DNA from: Octopus bimaculoides
Lineage: Eukaryota
Assembly (NCBI RefSeq): GCF_001194135.2
Contig: NC_068987.1
Span: 72,478,176 to 72,542,175, forward strand
DNA: 64,000 nt
Direction: 5' to 3'
The notes under the pieces were generated by a model. That model saw nothing but the letters and a program-made list of their open reading frames with translations, was not told the DNA's origin and searched no databases. A program made the translations under genes and the position numbers. The first letter of the stretch is position 1. Each line of letters starts with the position of its first letter. Below are positions 1 to 10,500 of the stretch, one piece after another.

Positions 1-519
1 AAAATGGCATCTATACAAATCAGTTGATAAAACGGAAACTGTAACACTGTTATTCATGATTGTCTTATGCTGTTACAGATTTATTCACTAGGATTGACCT
101 ATGCCCATCAGCTGTCATAAAGAATATTGGTTTAATCAATAAAGTTTATTATTCCATTTGATTTCATCCCCAGTCAATTTGTTTGTGACAAAATGATGAT
201 TATGAGTTAGGTTGTAATCATCATCATCATCTAACGTCTGTTTTCCATACTGGCATGGGTTAGGTGGTTAGACCAGTGTTGGTAAACAGAAGAGCTGCAC
301 CAGGCTCCAGTCATCCTAACACCACCCACTTTACAGAGTGTACTGGGTGTCTTTTGCATGTCACTGGCATGGGTGGCCTTTACATGTCACCAGCATGAAT
401 ACCTTTAGCTTGTCACTGGTATAGATGTCTTCTGCATGTCACTGGCACACGTACCTTTAATGCATCACTGGCATGATGTCTTCTCAAGCACAGCAAATTG
501 CCTGAAGTCTCATCATTGC

Positions 520-801
520 CAGTGCCCCTGGACTGGCTCTTGTACAGGTGGCACGTAAAATACACCATTTTGAGAGTGGCTGTTGCCAGTACCGCCTGAC
601 TGGCCTTCATGCCGGTGGCATGTAAAAGCACCCATTACACTCTCGGAGTGGTTGGCGTTAGGAAGGGCATCCACCTTAGAAACTCTGCCAAATCAGATTG
701 GAGCCTGGTGTAGCCATCTGGTTCACCAGTCTTCAGTCAAATCGTCCAACCCATGCTAGCATGGAAAGCGGACGTTAAACGATGATGATGATGATGATGA
801 T
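520..801 (+). repeat. RTE-type 3' tail repeat (GGTTGGCGTTAGGAAGGGCATCC...CATGGAAAGCGGACGTTAAACGATGATG). Young copies at 56215-56500(+), 41866-42243(-), 46170-46265(-) and 25030-25395(+); older copies at about 222-410, 18040-18175, 22900-23057, 35490-35680 and 38040-38215
   Basis: Repeated near-identical blocks ending in (GAT)n; the same tail sits on the RT-bearing element at 28806. Confidence 0.85.
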
Positions 802-1278
802 GTTGTATATCTTCCATGTTAAGTTTGAAACAAATTGTGTGTGTGTGTGTGTGTGCATTTTAATATTCATTTGTATTATACATGCACCATTCTATTATTG
901 GTGCCCTAGTGATAGATTAAAATTCCATATGATGAGATCATATTTTACAGGAGAGCAGTGATAAAGGTGTTTGGTTTCACCCAGATTAACGTTCCCACTT
1001 GACCTATGTTTTATTTTTTTTTTTTAATAACTTGCTGAATCTGGAGAAAGGGTCAATATCCATGACCTTTGTAGGCCCTTCCAAGACTGGTAACCTTGAT
1101 GCCATTGATGTTTTGCTATAACTATTGCAGGTCAACATCTGCAGGAAAGCCATGAACAGAGAGAAGATTCCAGGAGACCAAAGCTTAGGGAGAAAGGACT
1201 GGCTATTGTGGTTAGTGCAGGGCTGAAGAGGTTTGATACAACAAAGGTGATGAGATGTGGAGAGATGAGTGAGTCAGA

Positions 1279-2624
1279 CAAAGGTGGGCACTGTTAACTG
1301 AAAAGTTAACTTTGTTAACTGTTAATCCATTAACCAAAAGTTAATTTCAATAATCAGTTAATTCTTTAAAAATGTAACAGAAGTTATTGATAAACCATGA
1401 ACATTAATTTCTGTTATACAAACAAAAACAAAAAAATCAGTTTTTGCTCTAAAACTACCTAAAAACACATTTAAAAAATGTCAAAAGTATAAAATCAGCC
1501 TATTTTGGCCTTTTTAAGGGCCTTAGAACCCCAAAACTAGTTTTTGTTTTTTGCTTTAGAGTTTAAGAATGCTGATTTTATAGTTTTAACTTAAAAGACC
1601 TAAAAAAAGGCTGATTTTAAAGCTTTTCCCCAATTTTTTTAGGTTTATAAAGTCTTTTAGAGCCAGAAAAGGGTAAAATAAAACACAATATAAGCATTAA
1701 ACTAAAAAAGTTTATTGATAAAATTGCTATAAAAAAAATAAAAAGAAAAAAATGAAAAACAAGATATATACATAATTTAATTTTTCCTCATTTTTTCGTT
1801 CTCCATTTTGTTCATGAGATGCATGCTGCCCTTCATGAAAATTAGCATGTCAAAGTTTTCATCAGACAGGGATTATCTCTTGGCCCTCAAGATGTCCTTG
1901 CCCATAGAGAACAAACATCCCACTGCATCACTGGAGGGGATGGCTGTGTGGAACTTGATGAACAAGTCCACCAACACTTGCTCACCCAAGAAGGCAGCAT
2001 CTGTCAGCAAGTCCTTGGAGATGGTCTCCAGCCAGGTCTTGACCAAATTCTGGGCCTTGTCCTTGAGTGACTTGTGGCTCCTGCTGCTCTGTTTTGGCTG
2101 GGTGACACCACTAAAGAATTCCTCCTCCTCTTCATTGTTGCTGCCTCCACTGTTGTTGCTCCACTGTTACTGCCTCAACTGCTGCTGCCTCATGGCCTCC
2201 TTGGCCTTACCCTCCATGTTTTTCTTCACCTTGGCAACCTTGGTGTTGTCATATTTATCCAACCAGATGAGGCGAAACCTGGGGTGGAAGGCAGCAGCCA
2301 GATGGCATTCTTCATCCTCCAGGAGGGTCCTAAACCTTTTGTCAATGCCTGGCAAAAGTGCGTTGACCAAGGAGCTGCAGTAGACGAGGCCCTTGGACTT
2401 GATGTCTTTGAGCCTAAAGATTGTTGTGGTAACTTGAGTTAATGGAAGTTAAATGTAATGGAAGTTAAATGTAACGGAAGTTAAATGTAACGGAAGTTAA
2501 ATGTAACAGAAGTTAATTAGTCTGATAATGATTTCCAAAATCAACTTAAAAGTTAAATTGTTGACGAAAATGTTAACTCTGTTAATTAACAATTAACAGA
2601 GGAACAGTTTGGTGCCTAAGTTTG
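1279..2624 (-). mobile_element. Internally deleted hAT DNA transposon carrying the 3' part of a transposase pseudogene (about 1777-2433)
   Basis: Perfect 8-bp TSD GAGTCAGA (1271-1278 / 2625-2632) and 13-bp TIRs CAAAGGTGGGCAC / CAAACTTAGGCAC (10 of 13 match). The minus frame reads LAAAFHPRFRLIWL and LFIKFHTAIPSSDAVGCLFSMG..LRAKR*SLSDENFDML (hAT dimerisation domain) with two in-frame stops. Confidence 0.93.
2441..2517. repeat. Subterminal 16-bp tandem repeat (AAYGGAAGTTAAATGT) x about 4.8 inside the hAT element
   Basis: Read directly from the sequence. Confidence 0.9.
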
Positions 2625-3246
2625 GAGTCAGAGTACAAGATGTGCCAGTTTAAAGAAACAGAAGCCATTATAGTAGTGAGGTGGTGAGCTGGCAGATTTG
2701 TTAGCACACTGGTTAAAATGGTTAGCAGCATTTCATTGTCTTAACATTCTGAGTTCAAATTCCACCAAAGTCGACTTTGCTTTTAATCCTTTCAGAGTCA
2801 ACAAAATAAAGTACCAGTTGAATACTGGGGTTGATGTAATTAACTTACTCCTCTCCTGAAATTGCTGGCCTTGTGCAAAAAAATTGAAACTATTATAGTA
2901 GTAAGGAGTTATGAGACTAGCCAGCTCTGAGAAACAGATGTCACTATATAGTGAAAAGATTCAAGACAAGCCAATTCTGTGAAACAGAGGCCATTATAGG
3001 TACCTTTAGTGAAGACCACACTGTTGCAAGCATTTAGGCCAAGTTTCCTGTCTGAAGCTAAGTTCTCCCTTCTTCCATCAGTCTTGGATATTTTGAAAAG
3101 GTCATAGCGCTACCCTCCTTCTTCTCACAAAGCCAATGATGCCAAAATTGGCTTCTGAATTTTAATTTCTTTAGCAAATCTGTTATTGGATTGTCACATT
3201 TATTTTTGTTTTAGGTAAACACTTATAGATATGCCTTTTATAACAT

Positions 3247-3692
3247 TGTAGTGGCGCCTAATATCAGTCGCCATTCTGGAGAGTTTATCCATGCATGTGC
3301 AGGGACTAGTCTTCCGGAAGGAATGCAGGAAGAGTCTCATGCGCATGCGTAGTCATCCAATATCCAAGCGTTCCCGCGTCTTTCTACCTCTTTGTTCGCT
3401 GAACCTCATGGAAACTAGACAGCACAATAGCAGCTCTCCGACAACTCTGCAATGGAGCCACATAGATAACCAGAGAGGAGAAAAATGACTTCTAACCACG
3501 CAACTTCATTGACGGCGTCTCATCTAACCAAAGGCGACATGCTACCGAATTCCCTCCTAGTGTGAACAGAATTCTACTGTAATAAAATATTTGTTGTGCT
3601 GTTAGTTTAGAGTCTGCGTTCCGTTTTCTTCCTTAAGAAATTGAATGTACGGAATTGGGATACACAGAATGGTGTATATCCACTTCCCTACA
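3247..3692 (+). mobile_element. Solo LTR (subfamily D), 446 bp
   Basis: TGTAG...CTACA ends, 4-bp TSD ACAT on both sides and internal AATAAA. Shares blocks (ATGCGCATGCGTAGTC, CCAAGCGTTCCCGC, GCGTTCCG) with the other LTRs. Confidence 0.9.
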
Positions 3693-3821
3693 ACATGATA
3701 TTGCTGTAAGATTTTTTCTTCTCAATTATTAATATTAATATGCATATCTTTGGTTTGCAATCACTGGACCAAAGAAGAACCCCCTACCCCACCCAACCTA
3801 ATTTCTGAGTTAAAATACTTC

Positions 3822-5675
3822 TGTAGTAACGCGTGTCTTGTGCGCATGCATAGTCCCACGCATGCGTGGAATTCATCATCCAAGCGTTCCCGCTTCTATT
3901 CATTCTCTTTCTCGGCTGGCCGGCATTGAGCATGGACGTGTCAAGCCTTCTCTCCATCTTTCGAACTCTAGGAACAGCTCACATCAACATTCCAACGTCT
4001 CAGCAACCATGCTCTCACACAGAAGGCGTCTCAACAACGAAGATTAAAGCTGCACATTTTCCACCATGAATAAATATTGTTGTGTTGATAGTTTGGAGTT
4101 TCTGTGTTCCGTTAATTCCTAATTTAATATAGGAAAGTAGGTGCACACCTAAAGGTGTGTAACCACTATTCTTATATAACTGGTGACCCTCTGACGTGAT
4201 TCGAACACGCAGTCCGGCACACTTTCCTATAAAAGTGGTGACCCCGACTAAAGAACAAACGCGGCCATGGATTCTGGACTATCAACCAATAATACTACAC
4301 TGCCGCCGCTGACATAAGTAACTACGGCACTTTCCTATAAAACTTTGAATTCATGACAGCATTTTCCAGCAATGCCACTCATCAAGGTCGACGCTAATGG
4401 TCGTACAGAGATTGTGTCTGTCGACCGTCTGTAAAAGCGTACCTCTTCAAACACCATCATCACCAAGCAGCCTTTTCTCCACCAGCTTCGTTCAACCAAG
4501 ATTACCACACGACAACAACAACCACTACCAACTACGAGCATCGCCCCCCGACGTCGCCAACAGCTTCAACATGACATCATTACCACCGTCAACATCATTA
4601 CCACCACACATACAGAACACAGCTACAGCTATAGCCAGTTCCGACGCCGACGTCTTCACCACCAATGTACTGTCTACCACAATGTCGTGCGCCAACAACC
4701 CCACTACCAAGTACACAAGCAACCAATATCAACACACTCGGTTTTATCTTCACTGTATGAGTGGAGTATCCACTCACGGACAACAGTCAGAACTAACCGA
4801 CTAGGATATTTAGTACCAGGTAACAGGTCTCAACTCGCATCGACGCTCAACTACAGCTCTGCCAACTGACCACAACTTCCTGAGTACAGACATTCAACTT
4901 GTGTAACTCTTATACGAACTGGATTTTTTTTTCTCTACAGACACTTTTAATATGTTCTGTGTTTTTTCTCACACACACACTTGTGCACTCATACATTTTC
5001 TTTCCTTTCAGTAAAAACAAACAATCAGACTTTTACATTCCGTGATTTCAGTTCCTGGACAGTGGTCATCACGTTTGTTTTATCATTGTCTCATTTGTTT
5101 TTCACTAGGTGGCATTTACTGCCCATATTACTTGCATGTTTTCTTTCAATTCATTTGTACATTGCATGCATGTATCTCACGAGTGTACATTCATTTCTTT
5201 GATTTTTCTTTGTGTGTGTTTGTGCCACATCTTGTGGGTGGTTTTCAGTGGCCATCCTGCTTCAGGTGTTCCTCCAAAATTTTATATTATCGTGCGTTCC
5301 GCACTGGCAAGGGAGCCCTGTAGTAACGCGTGTCTCGTGCGCATGCGTAGTCCCACGCATGCGTGGAATTCATCATCCAAGCGTTCCCGCTTCTATTCAT
5401 TCTCTTTCTCGGCTGGCCGGCATTGAGCATGGACGTGTCAAGCCTTCTCTCCATCTTTCGAACTCTAGGGACAGCTCACATCAACATTCCAACGTCTCAG
5501 CAACCATGCTCTCACACACAGAAGGCGTCTCAACAACGAAGATTAAAGCTGCATATTTTCCACCATGAATAAATATTGTTGTGTCGATAGTTTGGAGTTT
5601 CTGTGTTCCGTAAATTCCTAATTTAATATAGGAAAGTAGGTGCACACCTAAAGGTGTGTAACCACTATTCCTATA
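3822..5675 (+). mobile_element. Non-autonomous two-LTR Ty3/gypsy-type retroelement (subfamily A; CsRn1-like by tRNA-Trp PBS and 4-bp TSD), 1854 bp
   Basis: LTRs at 3822-4176 and 5319-5675 differ by 7 substitutions and one 2-bp indel. TSD is CTTC (3818-3821 / 5676-5679). PBS at 4181; purine-rich tract GGCAAGGGAGCCC before the 3' LTR. The only coding remnant is an integrase C-terminal-like piece IKVDANGRTEIVSVDRL*..AYL at about 4380-4446. Confidence 0.92.
4181..4248 (+). other. Two tRNA-Trp primer-binding sites (4181-4211 extended; 4236-4248 short and perfect)
   Basis: TGGTGACCC(TCT)GACGTGATTCGAACACGCA and TGGTGACCCCGAC are the reverse complement of the eukaryotic tRNA-Trp(CCA) 3' end ...TGCGTGTTCGAATCACGTCGGGGTCA-CCA as recalled. 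Confidence 0.85.
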
Positions 5676-6329
5676 CTTCCAACACTGATTTGGTTTTCAT
5701 TTTTTCAGGGATGGACGCAGTGGTATAAAATAAGTAGCAGTAATCCACTGAAGTTGATTTTATCGACAATTGTCTCTTCTCTACAAAAGTTGGTCTATTG
5801 TTCGGTTAAAAGTGACCTACACATTTTTATAGAATTAGAATTTCCATTTTGAAATTTCTAACGAAATAATAATTTTCTTAAGTATTTGCATTTTGGGTAC
5901 TGGTAATTATTCGATTTATACATATTCAATAAATAATGAATGTTTACGTTTAAAATACTATCCCGAACCACATCAATGCAAAGCAAAACAAAAATTTAAA
6001 ATATGATAAATTACAATCTTATAAAAAAAACATTTTTTTAATTATCAAAAGGCGGTGTATTGGTAGAATTGGTAAAGAGGTTGACAAAAATCTTCTATTA
6101 TGTATAATAATTACGGCCCTTTACATTCTAGGTTCAAATCCAGTTGGTGTCGACTTTGCTTTTCATTCTTCCGCGGGCGATAAAATAAATATCTGTAAAA
6201 TACTGGCTCAACTTACGCAATTTTATACCACTAAAAGAATTGTAGCTGTATACAATTGTTAGAAATAAATATATTAACTTGTAAGCCTTTATCATACAAA
6301 GGGAATTGTTATTCAAAATATTTGGACAA

Positions 6330-6429
6330 AACGAAAATGATAAAATGAAATTTATGGAAGAATATTTCAGACGGACATTTACGGGTTAACACCGCCTCCC
6401 TGTCTTTTCAAATCGGAGAATCTGACAAC
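6330..6429 (+). promoter_or_regulatory. Putative ALG6 proximal promoter / 5' UTR
   Basis: Unique sequence with locally raised GC and CpG just upstream of the ATG. The TSS cannot be determined from sequence. Confidence 0.35.
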
Positions 6430-6532
6430 ATGACCACGAAAACGTCGTCGGCAGCACCTATTTGCGAATTTTTATTCGTGATAGTGTGTGCTGTTCTTGT
6501 TCGATGGTTTATATCGCTTGGAGGATATTCTG
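6430..6532 (+). CDS. ALG6: ALG6 coding exon 1 ([35 protein letters not shown])
   Basis: Contains the VRW.ISL..YSG signature of the ALG6 N-terminus. Donor G|GTTAGA is phase 1 and joins exon 2 in frame. Confidence 0.88.
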
Positions 6533-7471
6533 GTTAGAATATTTACTTATTTTGGTTTTGATTTTAGGCTATATATGCATGTTCCATTTCAATTTATTAC
6601 AGAAGTCTTTCTCTGCCACGCACCTCCGTTTGCCACATGTTAGCTTCTGCTAGCGCACTTTGATTGTTACAGAAAAAAAAAAAAAAAAGATAGATAGATG
6701 CATGTAAGTAGGCAGGAGAAAATAATCATACTTTCATTTTTGTCAACGTAAACATAATATTGTTCATGCTTCATTTCAACAGGTTTGAAGTGTTAAGCAA
6801 TTTTTTTTTTTGATTGTTTTATTTTATTTTTAAGTAGACCCATTTTAAATGTTGAAGGCTGTGATGTATCGATCGACTGGCGATAAACAGTATCAGCACA
6901 TCATTTTGCTTTACTAAAACAAATTAAAAGGTGACAGTGAATGACCCGCCAGTATTAAAAAGAATAGAATTTGATTTCTTGTCTTTTGTGTCGAGTCAGC
7001 AATTATAATTTGAAATACAAAATAATATCGTGGTTTACAGAGTGAGTTTTACTAGTAATGGTTTTGAAAATTAAATCCTATTCTGATTGATCAAATCACT
7101 GCTTCTATTTTGTACATTAATGAACGTAACATTCCTTGATCGAGTTTTCACCATTTCTGATGTAAGCATCAATAATATATATTTAATAGCGAGCTTTAAA
7201 CTTTCGATCGTTTATTTAAAATTATATTATACCTATATGGAAGAAGTAAACCATTTTTATTCCATATGGTTGAAATAAGGTTATGCGGCTGGGGGAGGGT
7301 CTTGTAATAAAACCAGTGTAGTTCGTGTTTTATCATCACCGTCATCGTGTTATATTTTTAAATACAGAACAGCTGTTAAATGATAATTTGCTAAATCTCA
7401 CGAATTTGATCCATTTGAATGTTTTGTACTTCATATTGGGAAATTATATTTATATAGATGTGAGGATATTC

Positions 7472-7508
<37 letters not shown>

Positions 7509-10500
7509 NNNNNNNNNNCGGAACCATGTGGTTGGTAAGCAAGCTACTTACCACACAGCCACTTCATGCTTTCTTACTAAAGATTAGCTAACAAATTCTA
7601 TGGACGACAAGTGACACCAAAATTTTACCTGTTATTCCCTTCTTAGTCTTACCTGCAGTATATTTCTTTAACCCCTTTGACACCAAACTACCTAACCTTG
7701 TTCTTGGTTCTATGATAAAAAAATAAAAATTCCTGTTTTAAAGTCATCTAAATTAGACCTCACGTTAATATTTCTGGTAATTTAAGATGGCGAGCTGGCA
7801 GAATCGTTAACACATCAGACAAGATGCTTAGCTGCATTTCATCTGTCTTATGTTCTGAGTTCAAATTCCACCAAGGTTGACTTTGNNNNNNNNNNTACGT
7901 TCTGAGTTCAAGCTCCGCCGAGGTCGACTTTACCTTTTATTCCTTTCGGGGCGGGGGTGGATAAAATAATTACCAGTTGAGCACTGGGGTCAGTGTATTT
8001 GACTTACCCCTTCCTTCAAATTTCAGGCGTTATGCCTATAGTGGAATTGATTATTAATTTTCCTTTAGAATAACACCAACTTTGACATCATTATGGCGAG
8101 CTGGCTGAATCGTTAGCACGCCGGGCAAAATACTTAGTGGCATTTCGTCCGTCTTCACGTTCTAAGTTCAAATTCCATCGAGGCCAACTTTGCCTTTCAT
8201 CCTTTCGGAGTCAATAAGATAAGTAGTTGAGTACTAGGGTCAGTGTAATCGACTATCCCTCTTTCCCAAATTTTCAGGCCTTGTGTCTGTAGTAGAAAGG
8301 ATTACACAAAGATGGCACATGATCAAAAATTTATTGGAAGGAAATATGCAATTGAATTAATGTTAGTATATACCCATTTCTATATTTTTTAAAATCAATC
8401 TTGGCTAGAAATGAATAAGTATGAAGTTTAAAGCTGTAAATCTGTATAACTGCGATAATGTAGTTTTAAATTTGATCTATTTTCTTTCTTTCCCTGCCCA
8501 CATTGTGCTAAGTAGAATATATTTATAGCACAAACACGTTGTCTCTCCATCGCTCCTTTATATTTCTTTCTCTAGCCAACGAGAATCTCCACATAATCGC
8601 TTGACCAGTTAATTGTAGCTAAATTTCCCTCAAATCATGTCCTTCCGTCTGAAACACCATTGGTCATTGATCTTAGTGATCAAGGCAGACCCGGAGTCAA
8701 CATAACAATCACTTTCCATGAGCCTTCAAGTGAGCATCTATGTGATCCTTTGTCTTTCTAGAAATAACAGTTATATATCCCACTTTTCAGTCTTAAATAT
8801 ATTATCTGAATAAAAAGATTGGATGATCATGGCTGGATTGCTTTTAAATAATGATTTGTTGGTGCAGGACTAGCTTGGAACTAACATTTAATCTAGTTAA
8901 TTCTTAACAGATCAATCATCACATGCTAAATTCAATACAATTCAATATCATGGTGCATTGCAAAACACCTTTCCTTGATAAATCTACTAAATATCTTAAC
9001 TGAAACAAACTACAACTACATGGTTGCTCAAAACGCCCCCCACCCCCACCCCAAAAAACAGCTAAATCTCTCAAGTCACATGCCACCATCTTAAAAATAT
9101 AAAGAAGACACTGGATAATGGTCCAAAATAGCTTTATAAGAAGGGGATGATGGCTATGACTCAAATAACTTTTGATTATAGGTCTGCTCAATCATGGTTA
9201 ACCTGAAAGCTGCACAACACAACACTTTTCTTCAGTCGATGCCACTCAATTCTTCATGCAAGAACAGCTTTCATAATGACTACTTGTTTCAACAATCCAT
9301 ACCGAATGTCATTCAATCACAATAGTGATGAATGTGCTGTATTGTATACAACCCTTTAAGAGCTAAGATCATGAAAGAGCCTTTATGTCCGATGTTGCTA
9401 ACAGATGGGCTGCTGCTGATGAGTGGGCCTTCAATATTTTCTAAAAACTTTTCAGATTTAACCCTTTAGCATTCAAATTACTCTGTCAAATGTTTTGAAT
9501 TAATCTTGCATTAACTTGTAACTTTCAGATTTCAATTATGTGATTGTTTATTTTCAGAATGACGTTGTAGGGTAGGTGTGAGAGGCCTGATCCAGTCAGT
9601 TTATTTGTGTCTGATATGGCTGGTTTGAATGCTAAAGGGTTAATGTACTTGTGGGCCTTGAGCAATTGATAGCCTTTGGATAGTTTTTTGTATCATGATA
9701 TGTTTGATTTTTGCTTACATAAGCATTGCCAGTGATGGAAATGGTGGATGGGTACATTTTTTTATTATCCTATACTTGTTTCAGTCATTGGATTGAGCCA
9801 TGCTGGGACACTACCTTGAATAGTTTCTGTCAAACAAATTGTTCACGCCCCCAATACTTAAAGCCTGGTTCTTATTCTATTGGTCTCTTTTACTGGACTG
9901 CTAAGTTATAGGGACATAAAAAACACTAACGCTGGTTCTCAAGCTGTAGTGCTGGTCAAACACACATAAACACAGGTATAAGACAGGCTTCCACATAATT
10001 TCCATCTACCAAATTCATTCACAAGGAATTGGTCAGTTTAGGGATCATAGTAAGGTTCTGTACAATGGAATTGAATCTCAGATCACAGGGTTGCAAAGCT
10101 ATTAGTTTCTTAACCACACAGACATGCCTGCACTCTTTAGGGATTTTTTTTGTAAGATATATAATACTTGAGCCGTGGGCAAATGTAAAAGAATCTGAAT
10201 GGACCATTACAAAAAGAAGTTACTGATCCCTACTTTATGTAGTTGGTCAACCTGCTAGAAATAGTTGCCAAATCATTTTCAAAGCATACTGTACCATCTT
10301 TGGGAAGAAGGACACATTGGTTTAGCCTTTATCTTTTACTTCTTTCAGTCACTAGACTGCGGCCATCCTGGAACACCGCCTTGAAGAATTTTTAGTCAAA
10401 TGAATCAATCCCCGTACTTATTTTTTCTCTTAATCCTGGTACTTGTATTGTCAGTCTCTTTTGTCGAACTAAGTTACAGGGACATAAACACACCAGCACC

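Noticed and set aside
1808-2442. Plus-strand ORFs of 191 and 122 aa
   Set aside because: They are antisense shadows of the minus-strand hAT transposase remnant.
3866-4069. 67-aa LTR ORF resembling a signal-peptide protein (MEFIIQAFPLLFILFLGWPALS...), repeated at 5363-5572
   Set aside because: It starts at GTG, recurs only because the LTR is duplicated, and the frame is not preserved in subfamilies B and D.
4181-4211. tRNA gene
   Set aside because: Only the antisense 3' portion of tRNA-Trp is present (a PBS). SINE heads elsewhere are tRNA-derived but are not full cloverleaves.
4397-4804. 135-aa Ser/Thr-rich ORF
   Set aside because: Low-complexity interior of the LTR element downstream of the broken integrase tail; no recognisable domain.
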